A DNA stretch of 64,000 bases from a virus. Taxonomy: Duplodnaviria; Caudoviricetes. Position 1 is the first letter of the stretch. Each line of letters begins with the position of its first letter. Positions 12,101-22,599 of this stretch are shown here, piece after piece. The stretch is taken from the IMG/VR virus record IMGVR_UViG_3300032285_001531. One strand, written 5' to 3'. The position numbers and the translations under genes are program-made. A model generated the notes under the pieces. That model was not told where the DNA came from, ran no database searches, and saw nothing but the letters and a program-made list of their open reading frames with translations.

Positions 12101-15100
12101 GATGATATATCACAAGTCAACCTGTATAAGACAATGGTTGTTGAAAAAGGTAGCAAGAATGCTGTTTCAGCAATTCAAAACATAACCCTACAAACAGGTG
12201 GAATACAATACGAAACATATGAAAATTGGGCTATTAATGTGGGTCAATATGGTGGTATACTCAATCAAAACTTCATTGAGTTTACATTAAATCAAAATCA
12301 ACTAAGTGGTAATCCGGCTATAATTGGTATTACTAAAGACACTGAAGTACCAGGAGCTACACAAATAGTTCCATTGAATGCATTAACAAATTACGGCAGA
12401 AGTATCACTGATGCAAACATTCTACCTTTATTAGATCCTGCAACAACTAATAAATTGCCTAGTGCAGGCTATGTCAATTTTAATGATGTTAGAATGTATT
12501 CCTATACTTACTTAGGATTAAACAATACTACACTACCAGTTGACCAACTTAATAAAAATGAATATATTTGGGTAGCTGATTATAAAAATGAATGGCAGGT
12601 TTACACACCTGAAGCAATAACATTTGCCGGTAGTCCGTCACAAGTTATTAATATTACTAACAATTTAAATTCTACTGCTACAGTAACATTTGATAATCCG
12701 CATGGTTTAGTAAAAGATGATTTATTCATAATTCAAAACTATAGTGATTTACTAGATGGATTCTACATAGTTAATCAAGTTGGTAGTATAACAACAGTAG
12801 TGGTAGATATATCACTTAGTGCTACTGCGCAAACTTCCACCCAAAGTGTTGGTTTAGCGGCTAAAATGATTAGCGCAAGAATAACAGAAAGCAATGATAT
12901 AATTAACACTGATTTCTTAAATTCTGAATTTGTAACAAGTAAATTATGGGTAGATCAAGCAGTAAACGGTGGCTGGGCAGTTTATAAGAAAACATTAAAC
13001 TACCAAAGAACTAATTTTGTTGATAAGCCAGAAGTTACTGTTTCATTTGGTTCAGCAGTTGCATACGATACTAAATTGGGTTATTTTATTTCTGATGCTG
13101 ATGACGGTAAGTTATACAGATACACATATTCTGTTGTGTCGCAGGATTATAGTTTAGTAGATACAATTTCTGTTTCAACTGGTTATGGTTCAGCTATTGC
13201 TCATTCAAATGATATGATGGCTGTAACTTTGCCGGGCTCAACTAGTTACGTGTACATTTATTCATTAGAGCAAACCAAAAACATTGAAGCGGTGGTACAA
13301 CAACAAATAATTACAATTACAGGCAAAATTGCAGGTTACAAGATAGCAATGTCCGGTGATAAGAAATATCTATTTGTTCCGGCAACTAATAATGCGCAAG
13401 TATTAGTTTATAGATTAGACAATAATTACACATACACTAGCACAGGATATGCAACTAATGCCAATATAGCTATCGGAGATCAAACATTCACCATCGCAGG
13501 AAATCATACTGCTATCTATAACGAAGGTGACAAGGTTACTTTTGCAAATACAAACGGAACAACTGTTTACAAATTCATTAAAGCATATTATGATTCTGCA
13601 AACTCACAAACAGTCTATTCTATTGAAGGAAACTTCTCGGAGAATATTTCTTCAGGAACAACCGCATATAAAGCAACATACCGCTATACTAGTGTAGGAA
13701 CAGTTTCTGTGGGAGGATTGGGTTCGTCTGACAACTTTGGTTACAGTTTATCAACAAATTATGACGGTACTAAATTATTTGTAGGTGCACCAAATCAAGA
13801 TTATAGTTTTAATTACACAGATGAAGGATATGCCTACATATTTAATCGTGTAGTTCAGAATTTTTATCAATCATATGCTAGTTTAACAGATGCATCCACT
13901 ACATATACATTAGCATATGCAGCTACAAACACACCAGTTGTTCTTCTAAATGAAGAAGTAGTTGATCCAACAAATTATACTGTTTATACCAGCGCAATCG
14001 ACACATATGGCTCGTTAGTTGCTGGATCAGGGTATACTAACGGACAATACTCAATTGCACTAACTAATCTAACAGGTAGTGGCACAGGAGCAGTTGCTCA
14101 AATTACAGTAAGTGGTGGTGCAGTTACTAATCTTTGGTTAAGAAATAGAGGATCAGGATATGCAATCGGTAATGAATTGACTGCTGCTTTACCTGCAGGA
14201 TCAAGCTTCAAAATTACTGTTACTGCAATCAAAAATCTACTAACATTAAACGTTCCTGTTAATGCGGGTGACATTGTAACATTCAGTTCAGGTGACTTTA
14301 TTCAATCACAGACCTTAGTTGGACATGACATTATTGCTAATCCAAAAGTAGGTGTATTATTTGGTCGTAGCATGAGTAATAATACAAGCGGTAATGAATT
14401 AATTATTGGTGCTCCATATGATGTAACTAACACAGGTATTGAGGGTAGTGTGTATCGTTTCACAAATGAAGCGCAGAAATACGGAATGATTAAGGGTACA
14501 ACTACAGTTACGTTAGCATCACCTACATCAATATTGATTAACGGTTACGCAGTAACATTGCCAGTAGGAATTGATAATATAATCAGTACTATCAACAATG
14601 CAATATTACCTAATATTCAAGCAAGTAAAACAACTGACAACAAATTAATTATTAGCTTAATTGATGCTACCTTAAGTCCATCTAACAACAAATTGAACAT
14701 AACAGTATTTGATTCGGCTGTATATGGGTATTTAGGTTTCAATTTATATACAAAAACACAAGTTTTACACGATATTAATCAACAAAATGCAACTCAGTTT
14801 GGTTATGAATTAAAGTTCAACGAATATAATTCATTTGTTGTAAGTTCATTGGTGGGTACACGTTATAGCTTAACATCATTTGACTTTACTGATGACGGTA
14901 ATTATACAAATGATACTATATTTGATAATAATTTTACTATGTTTGTGGACACATTACCAAATGCAGGTTGTGCCTATATGTATGATTACATTCCTACTTA
15001 TAACGAGAATATAGACAGTGTTGGGCAATTTGTACTAGCACAGACAGTGAATGATGTTATTACTGACATAGGTAATACTGAATACTACGGGGAAACAATT

Positions 15101-18100
15101 GCGTTCAATAACTATGTGGTAATGATTGGCTCACCTAACTTCAAGCCTGGTACAGATGATGGTAGAGTTAATATATTCTACAATCAAGCCAATGAGCAAG
15201 ATTGGGCAATATATAGAAGTGCAGGTAGTGTGGTTGATGTAAACAAACTACAAAACATACAGATATTCAATAATAGAGATAGTAGTATGTTGTCTACGCT
15301 AGATTATATTGATCCGTTACAAGGTAAATTATTTGGTGTTGTACGTGAGAATTTAGATTTTATTAGCGACAATGATCCTGCAGGATACAATACTTCTACA
15401 GTAAACAATAAAGTAGTATGGGGAAGTGACTATGTTGGCTCAATGTGGTTAGATACGTCTGCGATTAGATTTGTTGACTATCACCAACAAGATTTAGTAT
15501 ACAATAGTAGATATTGGGGAACAGTATTTCCTGGCAGTACAGTAGCAGTATACACTTGGACTGAGAATGATGTTCCTCCGATAACATTTACTTCTACCGG
15601 AACACCATATGAACTTGATTCATATACAATGTTATCTACTGTAACCAACACAGGTGCAGTACTCACCAAATATTATTATTGGGTTAGAAATACGGATACT
15701 GTTTATGCCGGAAACTCATTATCTGATAACGTGATTGAAAGTTATATTACTAATCCATTGGGTTCAGGAATTCCATTCTTTGCTGCATATGCACAAAATG
15801 AATTTGGATTATATAATTCAGCAGAATTTATTCAATCGACTGATTCAAGTTTACACATAGGATATAAGCAAGGTACAAATGATGATGTGCCGCATAATGA
15901 ATTTCAATTAATTAGAGATGGTTATGCTGATGATTTCTTACATGGCTTACCATCATTGTATAATCCTGTAATCGAACCAGAAGGACTATATCGCAAATTA
16001 TTAGATAGTTTATCAGGAACTGACGTTCGCGGTAATGAATTACCAGATCCATTTTTGCCTAAGTTATTACAGATTGGAACACAAGTTCGTCCTAGACAAA
16101 GTTTCTTTGTTGACAGATTAATGGCACTTCAAAACTATTGCATGTATGCAAATAGTGTAATGATTCAATTCCCTATAGTAGAAATGAAAAATCCTAGTTT
16201 TTCCGGATTATTTAAAGCAACCTCAGGTCAGAATGCACCTGCATTTTTTACAACCTATGGTGAGTTTTATGACACTGCAAACTATTGGGAATATGTCAAC
16301 TGGTGGGCAACCGGATACAGTGATGCTACTCGCACTGATGTAGAAGTTCCAAAATATTATGATTTGTCTACATTGGTTCCATTCACAAACATGGTAGCGG
16401 GGGTTATCAGTAATAGTGACGGAAAACGTGAAGTATACGTCTATAACGGTATTGAATGGGAACGTGTAGGATTACAGTTAGGTACAATTCAAATCAAAGA
16501 GTCACTATGGAATTACACTATAAACAAAATTGGCTTTGGTGACAATTTCTTTGATACAGATTTATATGATTATTTCCCTTCAGTTGAAACAGAAAATATT
16601 GTCAGAGGATTAACTGAAGAAGTATTTACTGGTGATATGGCTATATATCGTAACAGAAGTTTGATTTTATTGTTCGAATACATAATCACCGAAAGTCAAA
16701 ACTATGGTGGTTATTTAACATGGTTAAACAAAACATCATTCTTAGATGTGCAACATACACTACGTGAATTGGTGCAAAGTAAAAATTTCCAACGTGATAA
16801 TGATGATTTCTTGTATGGCTATATTAATGAGGTTAAACCATATCGTGTAGTATTAAAAGAATTCTCACTAAGATATACTAAGACAGAAGTGTATGACGGT
16901 GATATTTCTGATTTTGACTTACCCGCATCTTATAATGCAACATTAGATAGATTTATTTCCCCTCAATTAGTATTCACTGAAAATTATAAAACAGGTGAAT
17001 ACTTACCTTCAGATACTATTTGGCAAGATAACTTATATAATCAATGGTTTAATAATTACGGGGTTATTCTATCATCAATTCCAAACTATAATTTAGGAAC
17101 ATTGAAATATTTTATATCTGTTACTAGTAGGGAGATAGTAGTTGATAATGCATTTGGTTATCCTACAGTAGGTATACTGCAAATTGATGATGAGATAATA
17201 AGTTATACTGGTGTTGACAGAGATAGAGGTATACTATATGGAGTTATACGAGCAGAAAATAACACTGTAGCTGCAGTTCACTATCCGGGTACTAAGATAT
17301 ATACAGACTTGCCGGGTGCAGTTGTATTCTATACTGGTAGGGGATATACCGATGCGCCGGTGATTACTGCATACATTGACACAAATATTTACCCTGTACC
17401 AAATCAAAAAGCTGTATTAAAAGCAATCATGTCAGGTGATATAGTTGTAGGTGTTGAAATAGTAAATCCGGGCGCTGGATATGCGGTCACTCCTGATATT
17501 ATTGTAGAACCTTCAATTGTTTCTACATTTGGTTCTATTGACGTAAATTATATAAGCAACACTATATTAGTTTTATATGATAATTTTATAACAGGTGATT
17601 TAGTAAAATATACTGCAGGAACTTCAAGAATTTTAGGTTTGATAGACGGTGATTACTATTATGTTGGTCTAACCGAATATGTTGGTGTAACTAAACCTGC
17701 ACCAACAGGCGAAACTTCAGGATCATTAACTCCTATCGCATTATATACATCTAAGATTGATGCAATTAATGATAGTCACCGAGTAGTTATGATTCAAGCA
17801 GGTGAAAGCACTGACAATAAACTTAGTTTAGGTGCACGGATTATTCCTATATCTAGCAACAAGCCTACTAGACAACTAACCACAAAACTTAAATTCGATA
17901 GAACAAGTTATCGTCCGCAAGTTGTTGAATGGGAACCAAATGGTTTCTATGGTGCATTGTACGATACAAGAGGTAATGATGCAAGTTATGCTGCATTACT
18001 TTCTACATCAATTGATTATTATTCAGTCACTGGAGAAACTAGTGCAAGTGGACATGATGCTGTGTTCAACATATTTAATTGGGTGTACGGAGGAGGAAAT

Positions 18101-21100
18101 AATCCACCAACATTCGTGTCATCTGGAAATAACTATGGTGTTTACACAGGTGACGTAAACAGTGCCGGATTAGATTATGCACTCAGTGATACTATCATTA
18201 TATTGGGAACATCTTTAGGCGGTACTAGTCCAGCAAATGACTGTACTATTCTTGTAACTTCTGTAGGGGTAGACGGGTCAATATTAGGTATAGAGGTATC
18301 AGGTATACCACCAACAGTATATCAAGCTAGTTTACAGGGATCAACAGTTAAAATATTATCAGTAACAACTGAATCAGGAACAGGTGATACTCTGGTATCA
18401 TTAGACTATGCCAATAGCTCTTTATATCCAGCAGTTATTTCAGGAGCACAAGTATATTTTTATAAATCTACACATTTAACACCTTATGTTTATGATGATA
18501 CTATAAATGACGGGGCTGTGATTTGGATTTACAGTCCTAGATTATTTGGTTTATCAGTAAGTAATCAGTACTATATTGAAATCAAAGATGCAGGTATTAT
18601 TTACTCTACTGGAGATACTATTACTATTACCGGAGATTTATTGGGTGGAACTTCACCGGCTAATGATTTAATAATTACAATTACATATGCTGATCCTGGA
18701 ACAGGGGCAATAGTTTTTTATTCTTTAAATGGTGTTACTGTTGACTTGTATGAATTATATTTTGTCAAACCAATAAATTCTACTCAGGTTAAATTATACA
18801 CATCTTCTACATTATTATCACCGGTTATAGGATCAATTGATTTTACTACAAATGACGTTGTATTCTATCCTGAACCAATTGCAGGTAAACCTGGTTATAG
18901 TCAACCAATGATTTCGTTAGTTGCATACAATAATAAACTGTATCGTTGCATTGAAAGTAATACTGATACAGAGTTTGACTACGCTAAATGGGAATTATTA
19001 TACAGTGATGATCCTATGATTAATGCATTGGATAGAACATTAACATACTATCAGCCTACTGAAAGTATGCCAGGTAAAAACTTACCTTTATTAATGAGTG
19101 GGTTAGAATACCCAAATAGTACATATACTGGAAATAAGTTTGATCAGGCTATCACACTTGATGTTATACTAAATGACAAACCTTTCTATCCTAGCAATAT
19201 TGATGTTGCTGCAATTGTATGGGATGGAAATCAATTTGTAGCTGTTGGCAATACAACTAAGTATGTTATTCAAGAAGTTTTAAATGCTACCGCTTCTTTG
19301 AATGTAAACGTAGTATATGTAGAATTACCATACGCATATGACAGCATTAAAAAGGTTTCGGTATTTAATGCCACTAGAAATATAACGGTTAGCTCAGATA
19401 ACGTAGAATTAGTATTAACAGATACTTATCCTCAGTTAATATTTACTAATCAAGTATTAGAAGGTGACACATTAGTTATCACAACTTATTTTGGTGATAA
19501 TGAAGGTTACAGTATTGTTCTTCATAGCTCTAATGGAGTAGATTGGTCATTCAAAAAACTCAGTGATCAATTCTTAGATGTAAAAGATATTATATATTCA
19601 GGCTCGTTCTACGTGGTTGCAACAAACAATATCGATACTCCATTAATTATAAGTTATGATTCATATTCTTGGACTAGTGTTGGATCCTACACTGGTTATG
19701 ATATTTTTGAATATGACTCCGCAGGATTTGATACTGCTTCAGTTCAATCACCTAAGGATCAATTGAATAGTGTAGCATATTATAACAACCAGTATGTTTC
19801 TGTTGGTAAGAATATTCTATCAAGTATTAATGCCACTACATGGGATCAATCATTTAGTTTTGGATCAAGACTTACAAATACAATTAAATCTGTAAGCTAC
19901 ATAAACGGAACCTATCCAGCATTCAACGGATTTATTGCTGTTGGTTACGGTGATACTGTTACTGGAAATGAAAACACGCCTTACCCTAATATTGTACAAT
20001 ATACTAGAGTACTATTAAGCTATGATGGGATAAACTGGAACAATGTGTTCACTGGTCTACAATCTAAATGGTCGGTAGTATTTGGATCAGATACTACTAT
20101 CATAGCTGCTAGTGAAAATGGTGAAATATATTACAGTAACAATGGTTCTAACTGGGTACAAGCTACTATTAATGGAGCTCCGGTTACAGCTTCATTTAAT
20201 CATGGTATATTTGCAGCAAATAATTACATTCTTGTTGGTGATAAGGGCACAGTGGTATATAGTGCAGACGGTATAACTTGGACACAAGTTCCTTCAATAT
20301 CAAATAATAATTTACGTAAAATTTCATACAATGGCTTATATTCTAATGCTTCATATTTTATAGTAGTAGGTGATAAATCAACGATATTAAAGAGCGCCAA
20401 CTTACAAAATTGGGAAAATGAAACTTATATTAATACTGAGGATACTTTCTACGCTGTTAAAGGAGATCCTTTCTTATCAGGATATGGTCCGGAAGAATTA
20501 GTTCCTGGATTGATATATGATAATTTAAGTATGGTAGTAAGAAGCACACCTGGCTCATTATGGGATCCACTAGAATACAATAACTATGGTTTCTTTATGA
20601 AAGGAAAAACTGTAGTTTATGACGGTAATCAAGTAGTTGAGTTAGAGGACGGAACTACTCAATTCAGTTTTGCTGATTTAATGCTAAATCCTGCTCAAGT
20701 TGCAGTTTATACAATAGACGTTCAAAACTATGATCAGGCTACAAGAATATATGAAGTAAACTCTGTGGATAATCCTACTGCAGTAACAATCATAGAATCT
20801 ATCGACTGGGTTAATAAAACAGTAACTATTTCTTCTGGTTTTAACTACGGAGCATATAATATATATGTTGAAGTATATGGAGTAGGTGCAGGTAATCAAC
20901 AAGCCAAAGGTAGTTCAGATAGCGTACCTGTATATTATGATAGTAAGTTGGATGTAAGTTACATTGAAACTGATTACCCATATGATCCTAATGCATACTT
21001 AGTACCGTTAGTATATGTTAATGGAATTAAGAAAACATTTAATGTAGATTATGTGATAGTTCCTAGTTTCAATTCATCTATACAAATTCAATTTAATAGT

Positions 21101-22579
21101 GTAATTGATATTGAAACCGAATATGTAAACTTTACATTATGTGGTACTACACAAATTAATAACTTACCGCAACGTGATTATAGTATACCTGAATTACAAG
21201 TATTCCAATATATATCCGGTGCTCAAACATTTACACTTACAAATTATGTAGGAGATTCTAATCCAACCAATGCATTAGTTGAACTGAATGGAGTTAGATT
21301 AGTTCCTACTGTAGACTACACTATTATTAGTGTAACGTTGACTGTAATAACTTCATTATCTGCCGACGATGTAATTGCAGTGACAACTTTTGCAGACACC
21401 TCATCACAATATTTTGTTACTGATGAAGAAAACACAATTAACACATCTCCTATCGTTAACATCAATACATTGACAGTACCGGTAGTAGTAACTACCAATA
21501 AGAATACTGGATTTATTAGTGGTGATTCAATTATAATGGATGGTATTACTGGATCTACTCAGTTAAACGACATATTAAAATATGTTAAACCACTAGCAAC
21601 TTATGTTGAAGGTGCAACAACATATTACCCATATGAATTGTATGATGATCCAGATTTCTTATATCCTGTTATTCCTAACTTAACCGGCAAATATACCGGT
21701 GGGGGATATATTTGGAAGGCCTCAGATACTTTCCAAATCTCAAATACCAATTTTGATTTAACCGATGTAAACAGATTGTTTGTGACTGTAAGTGGACTTA
21801 GAATAACTCCTGATAAATTACGTATAAACACAAACAACAATTTACTTAATATCATTACTGATATAAGTGTAGGTGATACAGTATTGGTTACAAGCTTTAT
21901 GCCTACAGCGACACCAGATGAGGAAAGTTATTTGTTAAGTATTGATAGAAACGGTAATGCTTCAGTATACAATGCAAATATTAACAATAGAACATGGATA
22001 ACACAACCATTATATTTTAATGATACAGCAATTCATTTATTTGATGTATCTAAGTTAATTGATACCAAAACTATTAACATAGTAGCACAAAGTGACGGGA
22101 CTAAAATTTATGTTGATTTACCATATTTAATTGATGATATTAAGCAAATCTCTATAGAAAATAATAGTACCTTTACAACTATTTCTTACAGTACTCCGAC
22201 AAATCCATATGGAGCATATCTAGAGGTTCAGGATTCAGTAACTAAATTGATATTCCCTAGCATAGAAAATGTAAGTGCGGGTAATAATTTAACATTGACT
22301 TTACGTTTTGGGGATAAATTAACAATCAACGGGGAAAAGATTTTCTTCAGTATAGTTAATTATCAGGATAATACAGTATCAGGATTGATTCGAGGGGTAG
22401 ACGGTACACCGACCCGAGAATTCCACGAAACTAATAGTTTTGTTTACGGACTATCAGTAATAGATAGACTCCCTGACTATTACTATAACAAGACTTGGAA
22501 CAGTGAAATCTACAGTAATTTGGGTGATCCGCTACAAATAAGCAACACTTACCCAGCAAGATTCCTAAAAGCAAGGTAA
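6188..22579 (+). CDS. Giant (5463 aa) virion structural protein, probably a baseplate wedge protein with beta-propeller/adhesin modules
   Basis: Uninterrupted 16.4-kb ORF following gp6. Contains FG-GAP-like repeats (FGYSLSTNYDGTKLFVGAP, FGRSMS..GNELIIGAP), Asp-box-like repeats (SSNGVDW, SYDGINW, YSNNGSNW, YSADGITW) and a duplicated LGGTSPAND module. Confidence 0.65.
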   Translation: MVTKVRTLDFLPDIFKTVPNQAFLSATLDQLVQQPDTQKIQGYIGRKFEYGITPSSYYVTEPNKTRSNYQLEPAIIFTQKDTSKATDFITYPEIIDALRVEGSPVNNNSNLFANEFYSWDSFTDLDKLTNFSQYYWLPTGPDSVEVRPTAIPVSSVYTLTSYIHYYQFTKDNELIPEINPTITLARGGEYYFGVDQKTDFYIQTMPGINGIDPQRNNVSTREVFGVSNNGQSKGVVTFKVPYANAQSGDVYEGLVKVDLVTTLAFNDIDGRRLSEIGTIDGVNQLLDRTLMFYGDKNSKYVNVDSFYDFTSYDQSQPVEVGFDQTIPLQLNDFFYRIVYESLDIPNDPIIRLESAGTIPINTNIQVLIGKDYSNKKFVKNVYGEIALIPQITAPLDTLYYQDSVDPLRFGVIKLIDLETDNYLNIENEILGKIGYTSPNNVKFTNGLKVNFAGNVIPASFKGKDYYVDGVGSKIVLLPVNEFVVPEPFSTGIYTAYDAAPYDLTVYSDILETPTIPDYITISRNSRSRNPWTRSNRWFHKDVIQETINHTSSSVLLSIINNETNRAKRPIIEFYPNIKLYNSGTDSKQPIDFIDFVETNGLANVAGRELVVTTGINGGTNAIQVNDTSTMTAGQAISFTGDMFTSLGVVTVDANVIYYVKEILSGTDFTISETLGGPVFDVATSITPVTIIPYCVDGKAVFDGAKVVFAVDSNIDARDKIYIVKFVTLHGGTRYYITLTKAPDGDVQYNDQTVVLFGNTAKGKSFYYDGSNWIEAQSKTLVNQPPLFDVYDKNGTSFGDQTYYNSSDFTGITLFQYAVGTGNDDPVLGFPLKYSSVNNVGDISFEVSLNTQSFHYVLNGLPVTEAVNEGYPIIYSDRSTYENQLGWQTAASPSFQYQAFEFTYYPANNNTFFVCDVPVKPVNETAWPVIRVTMGETVLDSTMYTYTVTGSTTTVTFASTPLVEIPVQILIYSDKVSATAYYVIPTNLENNIFNNEVSTLNLGDIRNHFQTIFLNSEKLTGSAFGANNYRDVPNLLRYGTKIIQNSAPLTIAGALLRNKSFSLLESLSFNSNEYVKFKSLLIDTINKTDYTVYQSDASILDDALSQISSYKTDVNAFFWSDMLPSRSSYISNTYKFSTFVDTTNFQLSRIYDFSSANYYGVLIYLSRTVDGVPRTIQLVKDIDYQISSTEAQVTIFTDLIPNDLIIINEYNQTYGSFVPNTPSKLGFYPISVPEVVYDETYISPAYFIKGHDGSYTKLYGDYIDGYLVDFRDRALYEFELRVYNNIKVKAKIPVTADEVIPGQFRTTNFTYDEILGLYSTYFLNWIGKNRIDYKSQYYSMNNPYTYNYNQSANKLDNTQINQGNWRGMYNWFFDTTTPNLTPWEMIGHANKPSWWDARYGASPYTSDNMLLWQDMEAGIDYNNGSPFVNPARVRPGLSKVLPVDSMGNLVDPMNSVVGNYDNLTFNRDWRVGDWGPAEYSYIKSSTYPFDLIKLLALCKPAKFFALGEDLDHYKFNTEFNQYLYDNRFRFSTVNAVKYGSGVAQHSYLDWVVDYIQSSGNTGYDVLTNILTNLDVRLVYRMAGFSDKDLLKFYVDKGTPNSKNNSLLIPDESYSVILHENQPFDTVTYSSVIVQKTDTGYKVFGNSQNKIYFTTYTPLLNGKYDKLTVGGETVTVTKDYIKKELIIPYNTEFPTIQALSEFLSNYGKYLTDHGFVFDVIDRGILVDWNSMIKEVLYWTQSGWEVGAIINLNPAAKRIVINKESSIVQPLTLQDQNYILNQDLIPIQIKDMNVNRNGTEFSADILNENDTASYFIANLSNIEHAIVFDNTTLFNDLIYDPNTGLRQYRILVKGVKTAEWTGTMDTKGFILNQDNIQEWQANSRYSKGVIIKYKNVYWAADDIIQPASTFQQALWKRVDYEKIQKGLLPNASSRAYESTLYYDSNSANLESDADLLGFSIIGYRPRNYLAAANLDDISQVNLYKTMVVEKGSKNAVSAIQNITLQTGGIQYETYENWAINVGQYGGILNQNFIEFTLNQNQLSGNPAIIGITKDTEVPGATQIVPLNALTNYGRSITDANILPLLDPATTNKLPSAGYVNFNDVRMYSYTYLGLNNTTLPVDQLNKNEYIWVADYKNEWQVYTPEAITFAGSPSQVINITNNLNSTATVTFDNPHGLVKDDLFIIQNYSDLLDGFYIVNQVGSITTVVVDISLSATAQTSTQSVGLAAKMISARITESNDIINTDFLNSEFVTSKLWVDQAVNGGWAVYKKTLNYQRTNFVDKPEVTVSFGSAVAYDTKLGYFISDADDGKLYRYTYSVVSQDYSLVDTISVSTGYGSAIAHSNDMMAVTLPGSTSYVYIYSLEQTKNIEAVVQQQIITITGKIAGYKIAMSGDKKYLFVPATNNAQVLVYRLDNNYTYTSTGYATNANIAIGDQTFTIAGNHTAIYNEGDKVTFANTNGTTVYKFIKAYYDSANSQTVYSIEGNFSENISSGTTAYKATYRYTSVGTVSVGGLGSSDNFGYSLSTNYDGTKLFVGAPNQDYSFNYTDEGYAYIFNRVVQNFYQSYASLTDASTTYTLAYAATNTPVVLLNEEVVDPTNYTVYTSAIDTYGSLVAGSGYTNGQYSIALTNLTGSGTGAVAQITVSGGAVTNLWLRNRGSGYAIGNELTAALPAGSSFKITVTAIKNLLTLNVPVNAGDIVTFSSGDFIQSQTLVGHDIIANPKVGVLFGRSMSNNTSGNELIIGAPYDVTNTGIEGSVYRFTNEAQKYGMIKGTTTVTLASPTSILINGYAVTLPVGIDNIISTINNAILPNIQASKTTDNKLIISLIDATLSPSNNKLNITVFDSAVYGYLGFNLYTKTQVLHDINQQNATQFGYELKFNEYNSFVVSSLVGTRYSLTSFDFTDDGNYTNDTIFDNNFTMFVDTLPNAGCAYMYDYIPTYNENIDSVGQFVLAQTVNDVITDIGNTEYYGETIAFNNYVVMIGSPNFKPGTDDGRVNIFYNQANEQDWAIYRSAGSVVDVNKLQNIQIFNNRDSSMLSTLDYIDPLQGKLFGVVRENLDFISDNDPAGYNTSTVNNKVVWGSDYVGSMWLDTSAIRFVDYHQQDLVYNSRYWGTVFPGSTVAVYTWTENDVPPITFTSTGTPYELDSYTMLSTVTNTGAVLTKYYYWVRNTDTVYAGNSLSDNVIESYITNPLGSGIPFFAAYAQNEFGLYNSAEFIQSTDSSLHIGYKQGTNDDVPHNEFQLIRDGYADDFLHGLPSLYNPVIEPEGLYRKLLDSLSGTDVRGNELPDPFLPKLLQIGTQVRPRQSFFVDRLMALQNYCMYANSVMIQFPIVEMKNPSFSGLFKATSGQNAPAFFTTYGEFYDTANYWEYVNWWATGYSDATRTDVEVPKYYDLSTLVPFTNMVAGVISNSDGKREVYVYNGIEWERVGLQLGTIQIKESLWNYTINKIGFGDNFFDTDLYDYFPSVETENIVRGLTEEVFTGDMAIYRNRSLILLFEYIITESQNYGGYLTWLNKTSFLDVQHTLRELVQSKNFQRDNDDFLYGYINEVKPYRVVLKEFSLRYTKTEVYDGDISDFDLPASYNATLDRFISPQLVFTENYKTGEYLPSDTIWQDNLYNQWFNNYGVILSSIPNYNLGTLKYFISVTSREIVVDNAFGYPTVGILQIDDEIISYTGVDRDRGILYGVIRAENNTVAAVHYPGTKIYTDLPGAVVFYTGRGYTDAPVITAYIDTNIYPVPNQKAVLKAIMSGDIVVGVEIVNPGAGYAVTPDIIVEPSIVSTFGSIDVNYISNTILVLYDNFITGDLVKYTAGTSRILGLIDGDYYYVGLTEYVGVTKPAPTGETSGSLTPIALYTSKIDAINDSHRVVMIQAGESTDNKLSLGARIIPISSNKPTRQLTTKLKFDRTSYRPQVVEWEPNGFYGALYDTRGNDASYAALLSTSIDYYSVTGETSASGHDAVFNIFNWVYGGGNNPPTFVSSGNNYGVYTGDVNSAGLDYALSDTIIILGTSLGGTSPANDCTILVTSVGVDGSILGIEVSGIPPTVYQASLQGSTVKILSVTTESGTGDTLVSLDYANSSLYPAVISGAQVYFYKSTHLTPYVYDDTINDGAVIWIYSPRLFGLSVSNQYYIEIKDAGIIYSTGDTITITGDLLGGTSPANDLIITITYADPGTGAIVFYSLNGVTVDLYELYFVKPINSTQVKLYTSSTLLSPVIGSIDFTTNDVVFYPEPIAGKPGYSQPMISLVAYNNKLYRCIESNTDTEFDYAKWELLYSDDPMINALDRTLTYYQPTESMPGKNLPLLMSGLEYPNSTYTGNKFDQAITLDVILNDKPFYPSNIDVAAIVWDGNQFVAVGNTTKYVIQEVLNATASLNVNVVYVELPYAYDSIKKVSVFNATRNITVSSDNVELVLTDTYPQLIFTNQVLEGDTLVITTYFGDNEGYSIVLHSSNGVDWSFKKLSDQFLDVKDIIYSGSFYVVATNNIDTPLIISYDSYSWTSVGSYTGYDIFEYDSAGFDTASVQSPKDQLNSVAYYNNQYVSVGKNILSSINATTWDQSFSFGSRLTNTIKSVSYINGTYPAFNGFIAVGYGDTVTGNENTPYPNIVQYTRVLLSYDGINWNNVFTGLQSKWSVVFGSDTTIIAASENGEIYYSNNGSNWVQATINGAPVTASFNHGIFAANNYILVGDKGTVVYSADGITWTQVPSISNNNLRKISYNGLYSNASYFIVVGDKSTILKSANLQNWENETYINTEDTFYAVKGDPFLSGYGPEELVPGLIYDNLSMVVRSTPGSLWDPLEYNNYGFFMKGKTVVYDGNQVVELEDGTTQFSFADLMLNPAQVAVYTIDVQNYDQATRIYEVNSVDNPTAVTIIESIDWVNKTVTISSGFNYGAYNIYVEVYGVGAGNQQAKGSSDSVPVYYDSKLDVSYIETDYPYDPNAYLVPLVYVNGIKKTFNVDYVIVPSFNSSIQIQFNSVIDIETEYVNFTLCGTTQINNLPQRDYSIPELQVFQYISGAQTFTLTNYVGDSNPTNALVELNGVRLVPTVDYTIISVTLTVITSLSADDVIAVTTFADTSSQYFVTDEENTINTSPIVNINTLTVPVVVTTNKNTGFISGDSIIMDGITGSTQLNDILKYVKPLATYVEGATTYYPYELYDDPDFLYPVIPNLTGKYTGGGYIWKASDTFQISNTNFDLTDVNRLFVTVSGLRITPDKLRINTNNNLLNIITDISVGDTVLVTSFMPTATPDEESYLLSIDRNGNASVYNANINNRTWITQPLYFNDTAIHLFDVSKLIDTKTINIVAQSDGTKIYVDLPYLIDDIKQISIENNSTFTTISYSTPTNPYGAYLEVQDSVTKLIFPSIENVSAGNNLTLTLRFGDKLTINGEKIFFSIVNYQDNTVSGLIRGVDGTPTREFHETNSFVYGLSVIDRLPDYYYNKTWNSEIYSNLGDPLQISNTYPARFLKAR

Positions 22580-22589
22580 TTATGAGTGA

Positions 22590-22595
22590 TAAATA
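22590..22595 (+). promoter_or_regulatory. Late promoter (TAAATA), probably leaderless
   Basis: gaTAAATA-taat-ATG with no Shine-Dalgarno. Confidence 0.55.
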
Positions 22596-22599
22596 TAAT

